Below are positions 8,694 to 16,734 of a stretch of DNA of 64,000 nucleotides, in pieces. Under the pieces are notes generated by a model, which saw nothing but the letters and a program-made list of their open reading frames with translations, ran no database searches and was not told the DNA's origin. Source of the DNA: a virus. Its lineage: Duplodnaviria > Caudoviricetes. The stretch's first letter is position 1; each line of letters starts with the position of its first letter. The stretch is from the IMG/VR virus record IMGVR_UViG_3300033463_000008. The stretch is one strand, 5' to 3'. The position numbers and the translations under genes were made by a program.

Positions 8694-10729
8694 TGCTTGA
8701 CCGACTTATCAAGAAACTGAATGAACCTGAACCGGAATTTGTAGACGAGAAGTGGGTTGCATCCTACATCAAGAAGGATGTCGAATACGTCCGGAAGATT
8801 AAGCTGTGCGAAATGGTCCCGTTTCGCCTGGACGAACATGGCAACAAGATTTACAAGACTTCGGTAATCAAGCATCGAATCATGCGGTATCGGCTGATGC
8901 CTGCATCCACTGACCATCCGCTGTATGAGATGACGCAGGAAGAGGCCATGGTGTACCTGAATATCCATAGCCCTGCAAAATACGTGAAGCATGTTCGGGC
9001 TGGCGACATCAAGGTTCACCTAAACGCAAATGGAAAGAAGCGTGTCTACCGTCAGGATGCCGATGAATTTCTTCGCACATTCGATCGTCTATATCTACTG
9101 AAATACATCAGGGAGCCGCTGGTCTTTACTGATGCCGCGCTTCTGTTTGGATTCAAGATGAGCAACATGAAGTTCATGCTCAAGCGCAAGCGTATTGAGG
9201 CTGAACCGCGCAAGAAGTATGAAATCCGCAAGGTTTCGCAGGAAACGCTAATCAAGTTTTCTCAGGCTAGGGTAGATAACGGCCACAAGTTTAGAAGAAA
9301 CCCCATCCCGGAATACATGTCCCGCAGCATTGCCGAAATATACTGTGGTGCGGTTCCGGAAGCAAGGAATGCCGTTCGCGGAAAGCTCATCAAGTGTGAG
9401 CAGTACACTGCCGCAAATGGCAAGGTGAAGTGGGGTATCAGCAAGGCGAAGCTGGATGCGCTGATTAACAAGTGCTGGCAGGGACGCTGTTACGGTAGCG
9501 GCAAGCAGCCTTATTACAACTCCAGGAATGTCGAGTATATCTTTGGTAAAAGTCAGGCGTGGATTGATAACTGTCTTCGTGGCAAATGTCCGCTGGTGGA
9601 CAAGTATGGCGATCCTGTGGAAAAGAAGGATGCCTTCAAGAAGATATGCGGGTGGGACAAGAAGGCTGTCGAGGAAATTATTGCATCGGGTGTCGAATAT
9701 TATCCGAACATCCGTATAGGCAAGACGATTAAGAACCCGGAACCGAAACGCTTTACCACTCCCAAGCCAAAGACTGTCATAACACATGCTGCCGTTGAGG
9801 CGATTGAATATGCGTTGGACAATGCGTATTCTGAAAGGGAATTTGCCAAGGAGCAGCATGCGCGTGAAGTGGTCAATGCCAAGAACGACAGGCAGCGTGA
9901 AAAGGAAGCTATCCGTGTAGAGCTTGGGTTCAAGCCGACCAAGGAATTGCTTCTTCGTCGCGACAATGTGCTGAAATACTCGGAGAACAGGGAAATAATT
10001 TCCCTTGTCTACACAAATGCCGGCTGCAACATATACAAGGACAGGTCACTGGGTAAATATGACCTGGCGGTATTTGTCCGTGACCATGATTTCAGGCTTA
10101 GGCGACGGGTTACCCCGAATTCATCCACCCGATTGATACGCCGGGGCATAGAAAATTCAATCATGCGCAAGGTGAAGATGTTGCCGGAGTGGATAATAAT
10201 TGTCCCGGGAACATCATTCATAAACGATATCAACCTTTATGAAACTTTGCGGCAGGTCCCTAGCGAAGTAATGGCAGTCGCTCCGTTTGGATATGAGTTT
10301 ACTCAGTTTGACGGTACATGGACGAAATGCACCCGCACTTACGGATTTTACCAGAAGTACCGGTTGAACCCGGCAAGCAACGAGATGGTGCTTGGGTCGG
10401 TAAGGGTTAACGGGATGAACCCGGTTGAAGTACTTGACGGTCCATTTGTTGCCGTCCGGGGCGAAATGCTTGACAAACTTAAAGAAATTCACTATTTTAA
10501 TGTACTGGGCGAATGCCGCAGCGCTATGGGCCCGATTATCTCGGCGGTTTGTAGAAGATATCGGCTCGGAATGATGCAGGTGCCGGTCAGTTCTTCGTGT
10601 TCAGGTGACTACATGGTGTCCTATGATAGTCCGAAATGGCACGAGATTGAGGATAGAATCATCAGCTACGTGGCGGCTACCGAGCAAGCCATAGCGTTTA
10701 ACCGCAGGAAAGAGATATGCAAGAAATAA
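8693..10729 (+). CDS. tandem winged-HTH repeat protein fused to degenerate glycosyltransferase-like domain
   Basis: Repeats such as MTQEEAMVYLNI...VRAGDI...KRVYRQDADEF; C-terminal PVEVLDGPFVAVR resembling GT2-like folds. Confidence 0.45.
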   Translation: MLDRLIKKLNEPEPEFVDEKWVASYIKKDVEYVRKIKLCEMVPFRLDEHGNKIYKTSVIKHRIMRYRLMPASTDHPLYEMTQEEAMVYLNIHSPAKYVKHVRAGDIKVHLNANGKKRVYRQDADEFLRTFDRLYLLKYIREPLVFTDAALLFGFKMSNMKFMLKRKRIEAEPRKKYEIRKVSQETLIKFSQARVDNGHKFRRNPIPEYMSRSIAEIYCGAVPEARNAVRGKLIKCEQYTAANGKVKWGISKAKLDALINKCWQGRCYGSGKQPYYNSRNVEYIFGKSQAWIDNCLRGKCPLVDKYGDPVEKKDAFKKICGWDKKAVEEIIASGVEYYPNIRIGKTIKNPEPKRFTTPKPKTVITHAAVEAIEYALDNAYSEREFAKEQHAREVVNAKNDRQREKEAIRVELGFKPTKELLLRRDNVLKYSENREIISLVYTNAGCNIYKDRSLGKYDLAVFVRDHDFRLRRRVTPNSSTRLIRRGIENSIMRKVKMLPEWIIIVPGTSFINDINLYETLRQVPSEVMAVAPFGYEFTQFDGTWTKCTRTYGFYQKYRLNPASNEMVLGSVRVNGMNPVEVLDGPFVAVRGEMLDKLKEIHYFNVLGECRSAMGPIISAVCRRYRLGMMQVPVSSSCSGDYMVSYDSPKWHEIEDRIISYVAATEQAIAFNRRKEICKK

Positions 10730-11580
10730 GATTTAGTAGGCCGTTCTTCAATGTAATCAAGCAGGTGTGCTTGGTGACCAAGGCTAAGACTGTCAAGTTT
10801 TTCCATGACGGCGACAAGTCTTGCCTGAACATACACAATGAGAACAGCTTTATCCATATCAGCGCGGGTCCCACCGATTTTTCGTTTGACGGACTGGAAA
10901 TCAATTCGTCATCGTTTATCGAGTTCATCCGGTTTGCTGAACTTATTGGCTACCCGGAAACTGGCAGTATCGTAGTTGACAATGAAGAAACCATTGCTGG
11001 CCATATTTATGAGTTTATCCGCTTTGCCAACGGTTCTGAAACTGCCCGTAGTCTTACTGCGGAACCGTCGTTCTTTAATGAAGACGACACGAAGATTCCA
11101 GCTTCCCGCGAAGCTGACCCGATGAGCCTTTTGGCCACCATCAAGCTGAACAAGAAGGATTTGGAAAAGTATGTCCAGAAGCTGAAACTTGTTCCCGGGT
11201 GCCAGTTCTTTAGCGTGAATGTGACTCCGAAGGGCGAAGTCAAGTTCTATTTCAAGGGCCGTGTTGGGCAGCAGATTACTAGCAAGGTTGACTACACGAT
11301 GACTCTTCCGGGCGACAGCAAGGCTATCGAGGTTGCTTATGGGCAATCCTCCAAGCAGAGATACCGTAAGATTCCTGCATCCATCTTTACGGTACTTAAA
11401 GGTCTGGGCTGTGAAGAATATGACATGGAAATCCGCTACGTGGCTGCTGACTTCGACTCCATCGCATTGAAGTCGTTTGCCAACTTGCAGGGTCTTGACC
11501 AGCAGTACCCCATTGGCATCTATGCGATGATTGTGGAATGCTCCGGCGCAGAGGAAAATGCAGAAGAACTTGTTGATTAA
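10717..11580 (+). CDS. putative gp45-like sliding clamp
   Basis: 287 aa, two-domain beta/alpha pattern, located in the replication cluster. Confidence 0.5.
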   Translation: MQEIRFSRPFFNVIKQVCLVTKAKTVKFFHDGDKSCLNIHNENSFIHISAGPTDFSFDGLEINSSSFIEFIRFAELIGYPETGSIVVDNEETIAGHIYEFIRFANGSETARSLTAEPSFFNEDDTKIPASREADPMSLLATIKLNKKDLEKYVQKLKLVPGCQFFSVNVTPKGEVKFYFKGRVGQQITSKVDYTMTLPGDSKAIEVAYGQSSKQRYRKIPASIFTVLKGLGCEEYDMEIRYVAADFDSIALKSFANLQGLDQQYPIGIYAMIVECSGAEENAEELVD

Positions 11581-11592
11581 GGAGGCATAATC

Positions 11593-11964
11593 ATGAAAAC
11601 AGCAGCAAAGTGGCCTGCGATTGATCCGGTAGTCAAGGATTGGATAATCGAGTATTTCAGCAAATGCAACAAGATGGGTCGCCCATTGAAGGCCTCACAC
11701 ATTAAGCCGGAAATCGACATCGTGAAGTCCATTGTCCTGTATATGCCGGTATGGGGTTCCGATGAGACGTGCTGGGTGGACAATGAAATTATAACCATCA
11801 AGGTATTTTCCTACCGCGATAGTCCACATAAATACATGCTCGTGACCGCCAGAACACGATCCGGTGAAGTGGATAACCATTATTACACTTGTACGACGGT
11901 GGACCATCAGGCGGATGCCGGTGATATTGAATGGCTTGAACGGCTGGTGCGGGAGCGTGAATAG
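11593..11964 (+). CDS. hypothetical protein
   Basis: Strong GGAGG RBS, 123 aa. Confidence 0.6.
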   Translation: MKTAAKWPAIDPVVKDWIIEYFSKCNKMGRPLKASHIKPEIDIVKSIVLYMPVWGSDETCWVDNEIITIKVFSYRDSPHKYMLVTARTRSGEVDNHYYTCTTVDHQADAGDIEWLERLVRERE

Positions 11965-12017
11965 TTGCGGTTGACCTTATAAACTTCTCCCAAAGAAGAA
12001 TTTTTTAGAGGTCAATC

Positions 12018-13535
12018 GTGCCGATTACTATATCTCGTCAGGAACTCCTGGAAAAATTGGGCAATATGGGTAAGATGAGCTATGTCAAGACCCAGAGCGG
12101 CCCGGTCGTTCCGGCTAAGAAAGAACTTATTGATACCATCACGAAGAATGTCCCGAAGCCTGTTGGCGACCAGACCAAGGCGAAGTGGGACCATCGTAGA
12201 TACGACAACGATCCGCTTACACTCAACAAGAATTACCTGAACTTGAAGGACCTTGGAATCAAGGTCATGACCGAGTCCAGGCTCCGTTCGTTGAATGAAG
12301 CTAATGGCATGACGTGCAAGATTGACTTGCCGGTCATGGACCAGCAGGTGACTTCCGGCAAGATGCAGTGCCTTGGCCATGAGATTCAATTGCAGATGAT
12401 GGCACCAAACGATGAAGGCGAAGTTACTATCATTCTCGATGACAAGAATACCGGCAATACTACACAGCGTGTGTTACCGGCGGATTCTGATGAACTGAAA
12501 GGCCGCCTTGACTTGGTAATCAAACGCTTGGCAATCGACCTCGTGAAGAATGGTGACCGTGCCGACAACTTTGACCAGATGACTGGCGGTGTTGGCTCTG
12601 TTACTGGGTTTGCCGGAAACGACAACTTCGGCGATGTTGATTTTGACAACCTGAATACGGCTGAAATGGGTCCAAGTGCGCTGGTTCGACAGGAATCCGT
12701 GGACTGGCAGCTTAATGCCCTTCTAGGCATGTGCAACAAGATTACGCTTGAAGCTGAAGGCGATTTCACGGCAGATGACTTTGCTGCGCCTGCGGATGGT
12801 GGTGCCGGTGGTGCTGACGGTGGTGCTGGAATGGATCCTAATGCCGGTGGTGGCATGAGCGCCGGTGATGTGAATGCCAATGCCGGTGGTACAGCCGAAG
12901 GTGCTAAGGAGACCATGGAATTTACCACGTTCTGTGACCCTGGCGTGGGCGATGACGGTGCCGGTCTGTCTCAGAAGGCTGTTGATACGCTTAACAAGAT
13001 TATTGCGAATGCGTATACCAAGGGCTTGAAGGATGACAGCTCGGGTGTTCAGCCGGACGAGGATGAAATTGCCAATGGTTGGGCCGGTACGTTGGCTCAG
13101 CCGCGTGTGGTTGCAGTTCCTACGTTCCTTAAGTTCCCGAAGTATGCTGCATTGGGCAGTCAGCCTCTTAACAAGGATGGCCTTGTCAAGATGGCCAAGG
13201 CTCTTGAAGACGGTATTGACCCCAAGACCTTCGACCAGCGTCTTGGCACATGGTTCCCCGAGGTTTACAACGAAGACGGCACGAGCATCAACGATGTCGA
13301 TGCTCAGACAGCCGCTATGCGCATGCCGGGCGATGACCCGACCGGTACTGGTGTTGGCTTTGACCCGAATGCCCAGATTGGCGATCCGAATGGTGGCACT
13401 GGCGATACCGGTGACATGATGGACAGGGCTAATAACTTGTTTGGCGAACCGGGAACCGAAATGAAGGAAGGCGAGGGTGACGACGGAAACGACAACGTAG
13501 ACTTCGACCTTGCCGCTCTGGACAATATTTATTAA
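12018..13535 (+). CDS. acidic Gly-rich late protein, putative internal head protein
   Basis: TATAAACT upstream, D/G-rich, TES/QES/LEA sites, terminator after. Confidence 0.6.
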   Translation: MPITISRQELLEKLGNMGKMSYVKTQSGPVVPAKKELIDTITKNVPKPVGDQTKAKWDHRRYDNDPLTLNKNYLNLKDLGIKVMTESRLRSLNEANGMTCKIDLPVMDQQVTSGKMQCLGHEIQLQMMAPNDEGEVTIILDDKNTGNTTQRVLPADSDELKGRLDLVIKRLAIDLVKNGDRADNFDQMTGGVGSVTGFAGNDNFGDVDFDNLNTAEMGPSALVRQESVDWQLNALLGMCNKITLEAEGDFTADDFAAPADGGAGGADGGAGMDPNAGGGMSAGDVNANAGGTAEGAKETMEFTTFCDPGVGDDGAGLSQKAVDTLNKIIANAYTKGLKDDSSGVQPDEDEIANGWAGTLAQPRVVAVPTFLKFPKYAALGSQPLNKDGLVKMAKALEDGIDPKTFDQRLGTWFPEVYNEDGTSINDVDAQTAAMRMPGDDPTGTGVGFDPNAQIGDPNGGTGDTGDMMDRANNLFGEPGTEMKEGEGDDGNDNVDFDLAALDNIY

Positions 13536-13552
13536 TCTATTCCTCCTGAGTA

Positions 13553-13583
13553 AAAAGAGGCGTCCCATTGGGGCGCCTTTTTT
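13553..13583 (+). terminator. intrinsic terminator
   Basis: AGGCGTCCC-loop-GGGGCGCCT + T tract. Confidence 0.75.
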
Positions 13584-13609
13584 GATGTAGTTTTCGAATG
13601 AGGTTAAGT

Positions 13610-14740
13610 ATGTCAGAAAAAACTCCATCTCTTGTAATGTTTAATACCGCCACTAGGTTCCGTTCCGCGATTTCGTTCCTGTATTCATCGACCAGGGATG
13701 ACAACATGAGGGCTCACGTCTGGACCGACAAGGACTCTGATGGCATTGTGATTTTGCATGTTCAGACTGAACATGGTGTCTATGTAAACACGGACTCCAC
13801 ATTGAAGTCCGAACTCCTTGATTGTGATGCCTGGGTCAATTTGCATGATTTCTGCGAACTATGCCGAGAAGTTTCCCAGGAAAACAATGTCACCCTTTGG
13901 GTGGATGGCGGGCGCCTTTATGTAGCGTCGTCCTTCAATGAAGACTTTGAAGGGTTTGAACTTGAATGCTACTGTGAGCCCGTTGAGTCGTTCGAATATG
14001 ACGATATGGGGGACAGCATTGATGAAACAATCAAGATTGAACAGGGTTCATTCTCCATCGTGACGGACAGCTCGTTTGACTTTGAATGGATGGAAATTCA
14101 CCGTCACGAAGGGTTGCTTTCTTACCGCTCCGGCAAGGACAAGGTTGTTCTCGCCACTGTCGTTGCTTCACTTTCTGGGCATGACGGTGTCGAAGTGAAC
14201 AAGGGCCTTCCGGATTTCGCAATTAGGATTCCATGCGACCTTTTCCGTATCATCCCGATGCTTGAAGTTTCCCAGGAATGTACCCTTAATCTTGACTACA
14301 AGAATAAGCGTCTTCGCATTGCCGGTGAAGTCATGCGCATTGATTATTCCTACAAGGAACCGGAATTTCCAGCAATGTCATCCGAAGGGATGACCGACTA
14401 CATGAAGTTTGATACCGCCGCGATGATTGCTACCATTGACACGATTTATCGAGTGAACTACAAGAACCCGAGTGCCATTGTCAAGATTACCCCGGTGGAT
14501 GAAGGGCATGTTTCTATCGAGTTCAAGGTGGAAGGCCGCTATGGTGCAACTGTGACCATGGGCGAAGTCCATATGTTCGATCTGGAAAAGTCGGTTGAAC
14601 TGTCGATGGATATCATTACGATTATGATCCGCAACTGCAACTGCAAGAATCTGCTATTGAAGTTGGGCCCGGATGACAAAATGATGCTTTGTTTCAGCAA
14701 CCAGCTGTTTGCTAGAAAGGTGTATTATCTTGGAAAATAA
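13610..14740 (+). CDS. putative DnaN (beta-clamp)-like sliding clamp
   Basis: ~376 aa, three repeated clamp-like domains, EPEFP linker followed by helix/strand pattern of beta-clamp domain III. Confidence 0.55.
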   Translation: MSEKTPSLVMFNTATRFRSAISFLYSSTRDDNMRAHVWTDKDSDGIVILHVQTEHGVYVNTDSTLKSELLDCDAWVNLHDFCELCREVSQENNVTLWVDGGRLYVASSFNEDFEGFELECYCEPVESFEYDDMGDSIDETIKIEQGSFSIVTDSSFDFEWMEIHRHEGLLSYRSGKDKVVLATVVASLSGHDGVEVNKGLPDFAIRIPCDLFRIIPMLEVSQECTLNLDYKNKRLRIAGEVMRIDYSYKEPEFPAMSSEGMTDYMKFDTAAMIATIDTIYRVNYKNPSAIVKITPVDEGHVSIEFKVEGRYGATVTMGEVHMFDLEKSVELSMDIITIMIRNCNCKNLLLKLGPDDKMMLCFSNQLFARKVYYLGK

Positions 14741-14782
14741 AATAATCGTTGCAAATGCAACGATTATGTGCCAATAGATGGG

Positions 14783-14814
14783 ATAAGCGGTGTATTTGCA
14801 CCGCTTATTTTTTA
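14783..14814. terminator. bidirectional terminator between convergent genes
   Basis: ATAAGCGGTG-loop-CACCGCTTAT + T tract. Confidence 0.65.
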
Positions 14815-14817
14815 TTC

Positions 14818-15432
14818 TTATGCCGGTTCTTCGACGGGTGTTTCATCCGTATCGACTGGTGTTTCATCCGCATTGTCGGTTGCTGTATCGGTTCCGACTT
14901 CCTCACCACCGGGTTCTTCCGCCGAGATGTTGTTCACGTCACTTGCCGTTTCTGCACCATCTTCCGCGGTGAAATCGTCAAATGCGTTATTGGCGGTATC
15001 GTTAAGGGAGCTCATGTCTTCATCGCTGAAACCCATGGCGTTGTTGTCTATTCCGCCACCGAAGTCACCGCCATCAAAATCACCACTACCACCAAGCATT
15101 TCGTTATCATCATCTGGGGCTGCAAATGCTTCTGAACCCGGATAGCTGTCGCCAAAGAAATTTTTGAATTCTTCATCCTGTTCGGTCTGGTTTTCTTCCG
15201 GATGAAGCAGTTCGTCTTCCACTTCCTTGTAGCTCTGTTCCTTCATGTCGGCAGTTGTGTTCCCAAACGGGACTTCGGATGGTGTTTTCAGGCGTTTCTG
15301 GTTGAGTTCCATAATCTTGTCATGCAACTTTGCCTTGATTTCGCTGATAGGTACCTTAGTGTCGTCGTGGAGTTGGGTAACTGCGGGGGATTCATGACTT
15401 ACTGAACCTGATGTGGGGACGTTAAGTTCCAT
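14818..15432 (-). CDS. acidic hypothetical late protein
   Basis: TATAAAT on - strand at ~15462-15468 just upstream; very D/E-rich. Confidence 0.6.
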   Translation of the reverse strand: MELNVPTSGSVSHESPAVTQLHDDTKVPISEIKAKLHDKIMELNQKRLKTPSEVPFGNTTADMKEQSYKEVEDELLHPEENQTEQDEEFKNFFGDSYPGSEAFAAPDDDNEMLGGSGDFDGGDFGGGIDNNAMGFSDEDMSSLNDTANNAFDDFTAEDGAETASDVNNISAEEPGGEEVGTDTATDNADETPVDTDETPVEEPA

Positions 15433-15544
15433 AATTGATGCCTTTTTGATGTCGGATATAGATTTATAACGCAATTGGACTATAAATATTTTTTCGTTGT
15501 ACTATAAACTTTCAGCATAAGAAAAATGTCCAAAAGGATTTAAC

Positions 15545-16669
15545 ATGGGATACTCTATAGACCAAGATGTAGAAATCATGAAGGAAATCGAAAGGATTTC
15601 CCAGGAACCCATCAATGAAAGCCAGTACACAGCGGTTCGTCGTGGTGCAAAACCCATCGTTGAATCGATGGCTGTCTTTGATGACGTGAAGGTTGACTTC
15701 AGCAAATGGACCAGTGACAGCAAGAAGGTCAATAAGGCTAAGACTGCCAACACGGGTTCTGCCAAGCCAATCACCAAGAATGACACTGTCGAAGAAAAGA
15801 AGAAGGGCGGTCAGGTGACTGAAATCACCAATGTTGAACTGTCCAAGAAGAAGGGCCAGGTGGTTGAATCCAAGCAGGAATCTGATGGAGACAAGGCTAA
15901 ACCGGCACCTCAGGTCAAGAACTTCGACAGCAAGGCCAAGTCTGCTGCTGCAGCAAACCGTTCTGCTGCTGACAAGGAAAAGCACTTTGCCGAAACGGCC
16001 AAGAAGCAGAAGAAGTTCAAGACTTTCATCGAAAGCCTTGTAGTTGACGAAGCTTCTCGTCGTGCTGCTGATCTTGTTCTTGCCGAAGCTGAAAAGGTTT
16101 TCAAGGCTCAGTTCGAATCTGCTGCCATGATGGAATCTGTTCAGGAAACCGCTCAGAAGGTTTATGATGCCGTTGCCAAGAAAATTGGCCCGCAGCACGC
16201 AAAGGGTCTCGACCTTGGTGAAATCTGTGATGAACTCAATGCAGGCAAGACTCCGCAGGAAGTTGCCAACCGCATGATCCATTTGGTCAAGCGCAAGGCT
16301 CAGGATGCTGACAGTGCCTTCAATAATGGTGTTGACGGCCCGATGCCAACTCGAAACCAGCTTAAGAACAGGGAAGGCATTTCGGTTAACGAATCTGCTG
16401 CCATGATGGAATCTGTTCAGGAAACCGCTCAGAAGGTTTATGATGCTGTCGCCAAGAAAATTGGCCCGCAGCACGCAAAGGGTCTCGACCTTGGTGAAAT
16501 CTGTGATGAACTCAATGCAGGCAAGACTCCGCAGGAAGTTGCCAACCGCATGATCCATTTGGTCAAGCGCAAGGCTCAGGATGCTGACAGTGCCTTCAAT
16601 AATGGTGTTGACGGCCCGATGCCAACTCGAAACCAGCTTAAGAACAGGGAAGGCATTTCGCTTACCTAG
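15545..16669 (+). CDS. putative internal head protein with 92-aa tandem duplication
   Basis: TATAAACT at 15503; many xES sites; duplicated C-terminal domain. Confidence 0.65.
   Translation: MGYSIDQDVEIMKEIERISQEPINESQYTAVRRGAKPIVESMAVFDDVKVDFSKWTSDSKKVNKAKTANTGSAKPITKNDTVEEKKKGGQVTEITNVELSKKKGQVVESKQESDGDKAKPAPQVKNFDSKAKSAAAANRSAADKEKHFAETAKKQKKFKTFIESLVVDEASRRAADLVLAEAEKVFKAQFESAAMMESVQETAQKVYDAVAKKIGPQHAKGLDLGEICDELNAGKTPQEVANRMIHLVKRKAQDADSAFNNGVDGPMPTRNQLKNREGISVNESAAMMESVQETAQKVYDAVAKKIGPQHAKGLDLGEICDELNAGKTPQEVANRMIHLVKRKAQDADSAFNNGVDGPMPTRNQLKNREGISLT
16115..16660 (+). repeat. 276-bp-period tandem duplication
   Basis: Copies start at 16115 and 16391; I found only two synonymous differences (GATGCCGTT vs GATGCTGTC). 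Confidence 0.95.
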
Positions 16670-16689
16670 TCGCTGAAAGAAAAAATGTG

Positions 16690-16716
16690 AAAATCCACCC
16701 ATTGGGTGGATTTTTT
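16690..16716 (+). terminator. intrinsic terminator overlapping the next promoter
   Basis: AAAATCCACCC-loop-GGGTGGATTTT; runs into TTTGCTATATT. Confidence 0.7.
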
Positions 16717-16734
16717 GCTATATTTCCAAACGAA

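Noticed and set aside
16115-16660. Possible DGR template/variable repeat pair or CRISPR array
   Set aside because: Differences are not adenine-specific, no reverse transcriptase in window, no spacers
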